Made by a program: the position numbers and the translations under genes. A stretch of 64,000 nucleotides of DNA from Piromyces finnis finn (Eukaryota > Fungi > Neocallimastigomycota): assembly GCA_002104945.1 (NCBI GenBank), contig MCFH01000022.1, positions 372,001 to 436,000 on the forward strand, in the 5' to 3' direction. Below the pieces are notes generated by a model. That model saw only the letters and a program-made list of their open reading frames with translations, searched no databases and was not told the origin of the DNA. This document shows, one piece after another, positions 27,804-50,536 of this stretch. Numbering within the stretch: the first letter of the stretch is position 1; the number at the start of each line of letters is the position of its first letter.

Positions 27804-29795
27804 AAGTAAAGGTTTCAAATAATATACGAAAAAGACACGATTTAGAATGATCTTTTTTCATTTTAAATCATTCAAGTTTATTATTCGAATTTTATTTTCA
27901 TTTATAGAACTCTTTTAAAAAATCAATTTGCATTTTTTTTAGTTTAAATTTTTTTAGAAGTTTATTAATAATTATATTATATTTACATATTCATATGATA
28001 AAATCAAATGACAAACAAAAATATATACATTAACACTTATATAGTTTTTTAAATTTTATTAGCAAAAAAAAAACACTTTTATTCAAGTCAACATTATTAA
28101 GTAAAAATATTATAATCAAATCAAATTCTATTGTATCAATAACAAATATTATCAACTCTTTAGCGCGCGCATATTATTCAATAACTGTTATGTAAATATT
28201 ACAATGAATAAGATATTTAACAACAGCAATTAATAACAAAATCTTTTTTAAATAATTTTAAAAATTATATTCTTTTTTAAGAGAAATTACTTGGCTATGA
28301 AGTCATCTTTAAAATATAGATATTAATTTAAATTATAAAAATTAATTTCATGTTTAATCTTAATTTAAATCATAGATTTAAAAGTAGGAAAGATGAATTT
28401 TATAGTTGAAGAATTTCAAAAAGGGAAATAATAAATCCATCCTTTCTTTAGTTATATATGAAATTAATGATTGAATTATATTAATCAAATAAATCAATAT
28501 AATCTATATTATTTAGACAATAATTATAAGAATTTTAAAGTTAGTTTAAATTATTAGAAATCAAGACAAATAAGAAAAATCAAATAATCAATGCTTTAGA
28601 ATATATATATTTTTGTTCTTGATAGCAGTAACTTTAAAAGTAACAATTAAAACATCAATTTGACAAATAATTATGGTAATCATTAATATATAATTTACAG
28701 TATTTAAATAAATTAATTAATGATGTTGGAAAAAAAATCAATATCAAAATAATTAATATAAACGTAGTACTGGATAATAATAATAATAATAATAAAAAAC
28801 AAAAACAAAAACAATAAAACAATATATTAATATCATGAAAATTTAACAGTAATTTTCATTTAATACACAAATTAATTTAACATAATAAAAATATAATATA
28901 TAATATTTTAAAAATATATTGAATTCTTTTCAAAAAAAAGCAACTCAATATTAAAAGCAAACAATATAATTTTTGAATTAATTATATATAATTTAAACAA
29001 AGGAATGGATTATTCTAATGGTATTATTTCTATTATAAGAATTAAAACTTTTAAATAAGTTTTATAATATTTATTTTAGATATTTTGAAAGAAAGAATTA
29101 AGTTTGCTTCATTGTTTGATGAGCAATATTTCAATATTATCTAAAACCAAAACAAAAAATATTAATACAAAAAACCATCAAAATACTCACTTATTTCACA
29201 AATTATCAAATTAAAGTAAAAATCAAAATATATAAAACAATAATAAGTAAAAAAAATAAAATGAAAAAAGTTGTTTATAAGAAAAACTAAAGATATATAT
29301 AATAGAAATACTAAATATTTAATATAGAATGTAGTATATTTCTTTTAGTAATTATTGTAATATAGAAAGAATTTTATCTTTAGTTTTTTTTTTTTTCATT
29401 TTATTTTATTTATTTCAATAATTAAGAATAAAAAATATTCAAAAAAGATTGTAATTCTAAAGTTATTTAAAAAAGTAAAAAATGTATTAAATTTAAAGCA
29501 TAAATTAAATCTTAAAATATGAAAAAAGAAAAATAACACTAAATATAGAATTGATTATAAATTAATATTCAAATGTTCATTTGAATAAAATATTAAATAT
29601 AGAATTAGCAAAAAAAACAAAAAAAACAAAAAAAAAACAAAAAAAAAAGAGTATATATATATCAATAATAAAATAAATAGGGTTAATAAAATTTAAAAGA
29701 TTTTATATAAGAATCTATAAAGTTTATAAAAATGTTTCATTTCATATTAATTTTAAATTATTATAATTATAATTTAAAGTGATATGAAAGGGATA

Positions 29796-29827
<32 letters not shown>

Positions 29828-30203
29828 GCATTTATAATTTAAAATAAGATTTTTTAAGTATGTAAAGGTAATTTTAATTGAAGTATCATTTAAAGGAAAA
29901 TTTAAAAAATTAGAAGAAAAAGGAAATATTTGTTATTTAAATTTTCTTAATTTTTTAACTAATAAATGAATAAAAAAACTTTATGTATTTAAAAAAGAAA
30001 TATGGAAAATTTTGTGTAAACTAAAATTTAAGACGTTATAATTATAATGAAAATTAGGTCTTAATTTTAAATATTAATTATTCATATTTTATTATATTTT
30101 TATTATTTATTATTAAATTATATAACAGTACTAGAATTAATAGATATCAATATGTTATTAAAATTATAATTTAAGATTATTATGGTATAATATAACAGCA
30201 AAT

Positions 30204-32239
30204 TTAATCGTAGTCAAAATAATTTTCTTCATCCATATCATCGAGAAATCTTTTATCGTAATATCGTTTTTGCATATTTTGATTATTTGGATAGAAAAGA
30301 TCATCATTGTCTTCAAAATATTGTTCATGAATATCTTGTTCGTAAATTTGATAATCATCATAATCTTCACAATTATCAACTATTGAATAGTCAAAATTTT
30401 TCTTTTTTTTTTTTTAATATATAATTTAATAAACAAAATAATGAAATATTAGTTTCTCAATATTATATAATATTACTATTAATACTATTAACTTACATCA
30501 TTTCCATCGATGAACTCCTTTTTCATGATATTTACAAATTCATTATAGTAATATTGTTTTAACTCTTCAGAAATATCGTCTTCTTCCTCTTCTTCTCCTC
30601 CATTTTCTTGCTCTTTTATATTTTGATGATTATTTGTTTTATTTTCATTTTTATCATTATCATTTTCTTTCACGTTAAAAATGTCTTCTACAGATTGAAT
30701 CCTTGATTTATTTTCATCGTTTAAAGATGAAGTTACTACCATTGGTTTACTTTCATCTTCTTTAATTTTTAAGTTATTTTTATTATCATAATATGCTGGG
30801 TTAATAATTCTAATTTTTGTTTTCTTTCCTTTAATATTATTACTATTATCAGATATAGAGTAAGATGATTCTTGTTTCTTTTTTAAAAGTTCTTCTTTCT
30901 TTTTTAATTCTCTTCTTCTCTCAATTTCTTTCATAATAGTTTCTTCATTGTACTCTTCATCAGAATCATCTTCTTCTTCAACAAAATCACTTTCATCATC
31001 AACTGAATTCATTATTTGATAAAACTTTTTATTTTTATCACTTAATTTTAATATATCATCCTCGTTTATTTCTTCTTTGCTTGGTAAAGGAACAATAGGA
31101 AAATCAACGCCCTCATTATTGTTTATTGAATTATTTTTTATACTTAATTCTTCATTCTTTTCTTCGATATTATTTTTATCATCTTTTATTATATTTTTAA
31201 TTTCCTTGGTTTTTTCTTTTTTAATAATCAATTCATTATCTCTTTCATCTTCTGCTTTTTCTTTTTCTTCTTCTTGGTATAAGATATCTTCCATTTCTTC
31301 AATTTCATCATTCATTCTTTGATGATCTATATCGAAATACATTCTTTCCACAAGTGTCATATTATTTTGAAATGGTTGATATTCAACTCTTTTATCTTCT
31401 GGAATATATTGTCCAATATATTCTTCATATTCATATGGATTTCTTTCTTGTAAATTTTCCAGAGTAAAATATTCTGGATGTTTTTGAATATAATTATATC
31501 TTCTGTTTCTTATTATTTTATTGCTTAAATTGCTATCTATTTTGCTTAGATTTTGGGTTTTAGTATTTTCAATATTTTTTTTTAACATTTTAAGATGATA
31601 GGCAATTTCATAGTCATTTTTTAATGGATCGAAGTAGTCTAAGTCTGATTGTTTTAAATGTTTTCCCCACTTTTCTTTTTTATAATTGTTTTTCATTTCA
31701 TAAATAAGGAATATATGTATTTTAAATTTCAATAGAAAAAAAAAAAATGAATTAAAAAAAATATGAATATATATTTTTATAATTAAAATTTAGTTTATAT
31801 TTCAAACTTTTATTTTTATTATTCTTCATTTTTATTTTATATTAGTATTGACCCTATATTTAAATAAATAATATAATCCCAACTTTTTATATTAAATTAC
31901 AATTTGAATTTTACTATTTTTATTTTTTATTCCATTAATCTTTTATTTTTTTTTCTTTTAAATTAATATTTTTTACTTTTATATTAATAGTTTTTACTTT
32001 TATATATTAAATGTCTATTTTGAATTTTAATTGTTATATTTAAATTTTAAATATATACCTAAAAATAATGCTGGGTCATTTTTTAAAGTCTTCTTTAACC
32101 ATTGTTCTTTGACATTATCAGTTTGAACTTCTTCATCGTATCTTCTCGATTTTAAGTCTACTTTTAATGAAATTATATGATTTACAAGATTATCAATTAT
32201 TTCATCATCAATAATATTGGTATTGATATTTTTTGTCAT
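30204..32239 (-). CDS. CCDC97: CCDC97-like protein (DUF2052 family); about 3 exons
   Basis: Exon 1 ends LKNDPALFL. Exon 2 has KWGKHLKQSDLDYF...YEIAYHL, RNRRYNYI and YFTLENLQERNPYEYEEYIGQY, then EFVNIMKKEFIDGND. The last exon reads FDYSIVDNCEDYDD...DEENYFDYD with a stop at 30204-30206. Confidence 0.85.
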
Positions 32240-32735
32240 TTTAAAAAATAATATTTTATTTATTTTTTCTTTTTACTTTAAGAAAAGAAATTACTATTAA
32301 TGAATTCTAAATTAATTTGATATTGATATTTCCAGTTTTGAAGAAAATTAACTTTTCAAATTTTATAATAAAAATAAAAATATTTATAATAAACCAAAAA
32401 TTAGTAATTAGAAAATTTATTAATATGAAAAAATATTTTATAAAAATAAAGTTTATTAATAAAATTTGACTTAGCCCAGTTAGTTCTAATAGTTTTTTTT
32501 TTTTTTTTTGTTTTTATCTTTTAATTTTTTATATAAAAAATCATTATTTTTTTTTTAAAAAATTAAAAAGAATTTTTTATAAATGTATTTTAAAATGATT
32601 CATAATTAATTTTTAATCAATTTCAATAATATTAAAATTAAATAAAAAATTATAAAAAATTTAATTAGTTTGCATATATATTTTCTTTTTTTTCTTTTTT
32701 TTTTTTTTTTTTTTTCTATATTCAAATAATAAATC

Positions 32736-36354
<3,619 letters not shown>

Positions 36355-36790
36355 AAACAGCAATAAACTATCCATTTATATTATTTTATCCAAAATGATA
36401 TTTATATATTAAAAATAAGAATAAAATACTATTTATTAAATATTTATAAAGTTTTAAAAACTGATCAAGAGCATTAATATACTAGTTATTTTTTAATTAT
36501 TTTTTCATTTTATTTTAATTTTTTATTTTGTAACTACATTATATTCTTTTTTTCATATGCAGTTTATAATATAATTATTTATTTAACAAATATATATTAT
36601 TTTTACATACATTAATAGTATTTTATTATCATTAAAAATGCTAATACCGATGATATATAGATAAAAGTGTTGATGTTTAAAAATATCATATTTTCTTTTT
36701 TTATTTTTTCTTTTTTTTATTTTTATTATTAGATAGAAATATTATAATAAAAACCACATCTTTATGTAATTTAGATAATTACTAATTTAC

Positions 36791-38525
36791 TTAAGCTTGA
36801 GTTGGTTGAACTGGATTTGGTAATTCTGTTTTTTCGAAAACTTCACCTATAGTATAGATAGCTTTGGCTCTTTCTTTAATTTCAATAGCTGAAACTGTAG
36901 TGTCACTGAAGATTTTATCACAGACTTTAATTAAGGTGTTTTCAATTTCTAACTTGGAAGATTTCCAAATCATGTTCATTCCTTTAAGAGCAGCTTCTTG
37001 TTCCATTTGCTCTTTCAATGCTCTCTTTTCCTCTTCGGTTAAGTTTTCATTAGTTTCATTCATTTTATCTTGTTGGTGCATTCTTTCAAAACTGCTTTGC
37101 AAATCATAAGCAGTTTTGAATGTGTTAACAGTTTCGGAAAAAACGTGTCCTCTTTCTTTCATTTTACTGGTAAATTTATTGGTATAACCAAAGAATTTTT
37201 TGTGAATAGCACCATTATCAACTTTATATTGACTAATGGCTTGACTAGCTTTTAGCTTGTAAATGTAACCTAAAATATATTTATTAATAATAAAAAGGAG
37301 GAATACATAATATGTTAATATAATTATATAATATAAAAACAAAATATCTTTAAAATATCAAAAAACTTACCAATTGAATGTAACAATTCAATACCATAAC
37401 TTTCATACTTTAAATCTTCAGCTTCAAAGTAAACCTTTTTTCTGAATTCAACAATAGATTCTTTTTCCTTTTCCTTTAATTCGGAAACATTGTTGAAGTA
37501 TGGCTTAACATTGTTTACATGAACTTGAATCTTATTTATTAATTTTTCAGATAACTCTTGTATTCTTTTATCTTGTTTTTCTTTTCTTTCTTTTCTTATT
37601 CTTTCCATTTCAACAGTATTGTTTGGATCAAATTCTTCACCATTCATTACATCATCGAGTTCACCAGCAATCATAAGATCACCAATATAATCATTGAAAC
37701 GTTCACCACCAAATTGTTGTTTAAAGAATTCTCCTGGGTCAATAATTGGTTCAGTACTATCACTTTTACCATATTTATTATATTTAGTACGCTTTTCAGG
37801 ATCAGATAAAACTTTTTTTTTTTTAAAATTATGATTATTATATCATAAATTTATATATTTTTTTATTTTATTTATATATTATTTATTGATACAAAAGATA
37901 TCATATTAATATTTTTATTTTATCTATAAAAACTTGCAATTAAAAATTAATAAATAATAAATAAATAAAAATCTTACTTTGATAAGCTTCAGAAATTTTC
38001 TTGAACATATCTTCGGCTTCCTTATTGTCTGGATTTTTATCTGGATGGTATTTTAAGGCCATTTTACGATAAGCCTTTTTAATTTCTTCCGGAGTAGCAG
38101 TTGTTTCGATACCTAAGATATCGTAATATTCTGTTTCAAGTGGCTTTTCATCTTATATATTTTTAAATATATAATTAATTAACTATACCATTATCCGTAA
38201 TACTTTTTGTATCATATTTTAATTATTATTTTTTATTAATTCTCATAATTTTAATTTTATTTATTAGAAATATATATATACCACTTCCAACTTTTCCCCC
38301 TTTAGAAAATAAGGAAGGTTTTTCATTTTTTTTTTCTTCTCTAACTTTTTGAGTTTCTTGGTTTATTGCGAATTCCAAGGTACATTTATAACATTTTATC
38401 TTAAAAGAATTAGTTGATTTTGGTTCAACATATTCTACTTTGGTACCACAAGCTGGACAGCTGGTGACTTTAACATTTTGTGGAGCTCTAGATTCAATAA
38501 TAACAACTTCTTCAGTAGCCATCAT
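36791..38525 (-). CDS. DnaJ protein with DnaJ-X domain (Djp1/Caj1-like) and an N-terminal CxxC...CxxC zinc ribbon
   Basis: J-domain [66 protein letters not shown] with the HPD motif. It continues [36 protein letters not shown] and [19 protein letters not shown]...[13 protein letters not shown] (X domain). Confidence 0.92.
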
Positions 38526-38784
38526 ATTTTATAATATAAATGTTAAAAATAATAATATAATATTATAATAAAAATATAAATAATTTTCTGAGATAATGTT
38601 AACGTAAATATTTTTTTTTATTAACGATAACTATGTTTTTATGTTTTAATTTTATTTTTTTGGAAAAAAAAATTTTTGTACCTTTTCAATATTTAAAAAA
38701 AAAGTTTAATAAATAAACATCTTTTATTGGTTAGAAATAATTAAATTAATTATCAATATATTTTAATATTTTTTGTAAAAGTTT

Positions 38785-38933
<149 letters not shown>

Positions 38934-39300
38934 ATTAAAATTTTGATTTATTTATATAATTTTTTTATATTAATCAAGTTTAGTTATTTAATAGTAATAT
39001 GATAATATGAATAAAGTATCGTTAATTTTTTGTAATTTCAAAACTTGTTATTTGTAATATCTTAATATAAACTTTTTTTTTATTTTGAAAAAATAAAGGA
39101 TAAATTATTTTGGATTAATTTTAATTGAAAATATACTTTTTTTTAAATAATTTTTTTTATTGAATCATGTGAAATTTTTTTATTTTTTTTATTTATAATT
39201 AAAAACTATTAAAGATTAGTTTTTAGTTTTTCTTAAGAGTTCCCTAGAAGTTTTAAAACTATTTTAGAATTAATTTAAAATAATTCTAAAATAATAATGC

Positions 39301-39412
<112 letters not shown>

Positions 39413-40155
39413 TAAATAAAAAACAAAACAGGTTTATAAAAATTTTTTATTTTTCATCAAATATTATTTATTTTTTTTTATTAAATGACAGATCATAGAA
39501 TTTTCTTTTATCTTTTTTTTTTTAATTATTTTTTTTTGTTTATTTGGAGTGAATGAAAATTTTGAAATTAAAAAATTTATATATTATTTTTTGATTTGAA
39601 GACTTTGCTTTTCGCTATTTAACATTGGTATATTATAAATTTTAGAATATTATATAATCAGGTTATCTAGTAAAAAATAAAAAAAAAAAAAAAAAAGAAA
39701 AAATCAAATTATTATTAATCGTTTTGAGTAAATTTCTAATATAAATCGAAAAGGAATTTTAAATAATTAAATCAGAATTTAAAAAATTAATTCATATATT
39801 TGTTAATCATACTCACGAATGATTTATAATCTTTCATAAAATATGATATTCATTTTTCTTTTAAAAGAGAGATAATTTTATTATTTCAATAATAAAATAT
39901 ATACACTCTTAAACTAAATTATTTATTATATAGATTCAAAATCATATAATTATTAAATCCGAACCTTAAAACTCTAAAAAAAAAAAAACTTTCGATGAAT
40001 TAAAAATTGAAATTATTATTATCGAAATGAATACTCAATTGTTTTTTTAATTATTATTTAGATATTTAAATAATCAATTATTTTAATAAATTATTCTATC
40101 ATCATATATAGAATGTTTTTTAATATATATGAAAGGAATATTTTTTTATTAACCT

Positions 40156-40187
<32 letters not shown>

Positions 40188-40500
40188 AATAATATATTAT
40201 TGATTTATAATATTAAAATTTTAAAAAATAGAAAATCCCATCATTATGGTTATGATAGTTTTTAAAGATTTTTATACCACAATAATTAATCAAGTTTAAA
40301 TACTAAAAAAAAATAAATAAACATAATAAAACATGATTAATAAACAATTTTTTCCTTTTTCCCTTTTTTTTACATATTTTTTATTGTATATTATTTCCCC
40401 ACTCCTATTTACCTGACTATTTAATTATTATTATTATTTTTTTTTCATCTTATAATATCCGAGATATTTAAAATATTAAAAAATTTCATCTTATTATAAT

Positions 40501-47326
<6,826 letters not shown>

Positions 47327-47699
47327 TTTGAAAATGCATCTGTATAATAAAATCATATATTTATACTTTCCAATTATTTTATTTTATGTAATTTATAATA
47401 TAAAGCAATGTATATATAATAATATTTTATAATCATTTAAAATAAAATGTAAATATAGAAATTTTTAGTGTTTGATAAATATATATTCTTAATAAATATT
47501 TATTAATTTTATTCTATACTTAACTTTTTATAATCTTAAATTAATTTGAAGTTATGATTTTTTGTGATTATTATTCGCTTTATAAAAATAAGCAGCAATG
47601 TTTTTATATTTCGTATATAAAAAGAAATTTATAATTATGAATTTCTTTTAAATTTATTATAAAATATATTTTTACATAAAATACTTAATTCATTCATAT

Positions 47700-49030
47700 A
47701 ACTATTGCTAGAAACTATGTAGATCCAATATTTTACATCGGCATATATTCGATTCCAAAGGTTTATTGCTATACCTATCTTGGAATTCAATTCGAAAAAG
47801 ATTTTTCTCTGACTCTCATTCTATCTAACATGTAGAAAAATCTTTATTCTCTTTTAAGAGCTTTCTTTCCAACAAAAATAGAACCCACAGAGTCCAATTT
47901 CTTATCAATGCCGCTGTTTTATGGAATGTCAATAGCTTTCACAGTAAAAATCTAAATAACAAGGATTTTGTTTTTGAACAAAATTTCATTTGTTAGTCTG
48001 TATACTCTTACAATGGATTTAAGGATTCCAACACTTTCAGGTATTTGTGTTGCACAACGTGTGAAATGCTTTGTTAAATAAAGATTTCGTCCGATCTATT
48101 TTTCCTATGTCTCATTATTCTTGGGCCAAAAAATCTTGTTCTCTACATAAGAAACTTATTAAAAAAATATTAAAAGTACTAAAGATATTAGAGAATATTA
48201 TTGGAATAATAGGTAGCCTAAATGATGGAAATAAAGCCATCAGATATACTAACAACAAATTCCTTAATTCAAATTGCCTAATATATATCGGTCTAAACTT
48301 AACTAAAATTTAGGAATTATTTGGATTATTCGTATTTGATGGTGTTATAAAAACACTACTAGAATTACTATTGTCAGTAATAGAATTATTCCTGACTGTG
48401 TGTCTGTCCATGTTGCGGATATGATGAATAATCTTTTTATCATTGGATTTTAGAATGTTCTGCATTCTCTGAATACAGAACTTCTTCACTTAGCATTTTT
48501 GACGATCTTTTTACCTTTTTTTACAATAAATACAAAAATCAATTCATCACTTACTCACTCCCTGAAATAGAAGTAAGAAAAACAATTTATAAATATATTT
48601 TTACGTTCTTGGTGAAACTTTAGCTTATGATAAGCTACAAATCGATAAGGAGGAACAAAGACATTTGAATGAACAGTTTTACAGTTCATCAGGATCTCAT
48701 GTTCCATATGTAGAGGGTCTTGCGGCTTTTCTTACTAAAGCAATCTCTATCATTAGTAACTTAATGAAGCTACTTTTTTATAGGTTTAGTAAGAGACTTA
48801 ACGTAATCAAGTGCGTCGACGTCGTAACGATATGGCAAAGGAACATTCCTAATGTTCCGTATACAGAATTCAATGTTTGTATTTTTTCGAATGAAAACAT
48901 TTTGAACTCATGGGAGAGTTTAGTGTATACCACACTGACGCACTTTTCTTTTTTTATTTTATTTAATTTATTAGGTAGGCACCAATCTCACAGAGTACAA
49001 ATTGCAGAGTTCATTGAACTTTTATGAAAA
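47700..49030 (+). mobile_element. 5'-truncated, decayed non-LTR (LINE) retrotransposon: end of the RT plus the C-terminal Cys/His region
   Basis: GC-richer than the flanks and intronless. Interrupted frames give IPKVYCYTYLGIQF (RT YxYLG motif), LYTLTMDLRIPTLSGICVAQRVKCFVK*, MSHYSWAKKS, LGIIWIIRI and CPCCGYDE*SFYHWILECSAF (CCHC). There are multiple stops and frameshifts; no TSD was identified. Confidence 0.8.
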
Positions 49031-50536
49031 TTATATATTTATTTTATTTCTTTTATTTTTATATTTATATGTATATATATTTTATTACTTATTATTTATT
49101 ATATCAATATGTATTATCACCTTATATAATGCAATTTCACAAATTAAATAAATAAATATAAAGAAGAAGTGTATTCTCTTCCTAGTCTAAAAAAATAAAA
49201 AAACTATAGCTAGAAAGATTCATCAAGTATTTTAATATTTTATATTTTTACTATATAAAATAAAAAAATTTTAATTTTAATAATATAATATTTTTTATTT
49301 ATAACAACAACAAAAAAAAAATAAAAGTATTATTTTAATAAGAATGTTTTATTCATATTTTATGTATAATAAATAGTGAAATTCGACCTCTGCCTGAATT
49401 TTAGCCAGGAATTTTTATCTTTTTTTTTTTTTTTTTTAAAAAAATTATTATGAAACATTTAAATTAAAATAAGTTTTTTTTTATTAGTATTATTTAATTC
49501 TCTATTTTTTGCATATTAAATTATTTTAGGTATGAAAATTTTCATATATTTAATTAAATGTTTCATGAATTAATAAGAAATAAATGAATAAATAGTTATA
49601 AAATATTACTTTATTAAATGTTGATGATGATAAATAATTAGAATTAAAATTAATAATGGTAATAATAATAAAATAAAATAAAATTGTATAATTAAAGTTT
49701 ATTTATTATTAATATTTAAAGTTTGTTATTTAGGAAAATATTATTTTTAATTATTTGAAAATAATTATTTTGACCCAATTGAAGGGAAATAAAAAAAATA
49801 AAAAAAAAAAAAAACATCTTTCCATTCGAGTTCTGTATGAATTCACTATTTTCCCATTCCCCTTTTTTTTCTGGACATTCTTATAGATACTCTCATTTAT
49901 ATTTTTTATTTTTTTCATTTCAATTCCCAAGTTATTATTAATATATATAATTATAAATTATAAATGACATTGAATCAAATTATATTTCAATTTGAAAATA
50001 TTACTTAAAGTAAAAGTAATAATAAAATAATAAAATATACTTTTAAATACCATAATATTTTTTATAATATGTACTAGTATCTAATAGTAAATATAATAAT
50101 AGAAAATAAAATAACTATTTATAATTTTTAATATTCAATAATATTAAAATGTAAATATTTTTTACCATTTAAAAGTTATATTTTTATGGAAAATAAAAAT
50201 TTCAATTTTAATTTTTAATAGTGTTTTTATTTTTATTTATCCAATGAAATTAAATATTTATTTATTTTAATAATTTTTAAAATTTAGTTTCATTAATTAA
50301 ATTTGGAAAATTAAATTAAAAAAATTAAATATTTCATATTTCATATTTAATAAAATTTTCAGTTATTTATGAAAAAAAAAAAAAAAAGTATAAAATGTCG
50401 AGAAATTTACATATTTCTGATGTTTATTATTCAAATTATATAATAATTAGTTTTTTAAATATATATTACTTAAATATTAAAAAATCTTAAACTATTAACA
50501 TATATTTTATTTTATTATATTCTAAAAAAGGAAAAA

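Noticed and set aside
28380-29160. Short coding-looking fragments (e.g. DILKERIKFASLFDEQYFNII) in the intergenic region after the C2H2 gene
   Set aside because: Too short, not joinable into a frame, and with no recognisable family motif.
39260-39293. Perfect 13-bp inverted repeat TATTTTAGAATTA / TAATTCTAAAATA with an 8-nt loop
   Set aside because: At this AT content a few such hairpins are expected by chance in 64 kb, and there is no TSD or internal element.
39951-39966. GGTTCGGATT on the minus strand, resembling a Pol III B-box
   Set aside because: Mismatch at the invariant A, and no A-box or tRNA structure nearby.
49400-49406. GGCTAAA (XlnR-type site) on the minus strand 1.1 kb upstream of the esterase
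   Set aside because: Single 7-mer; XlnR is an ascomycete regulator with no established role in this lineage.
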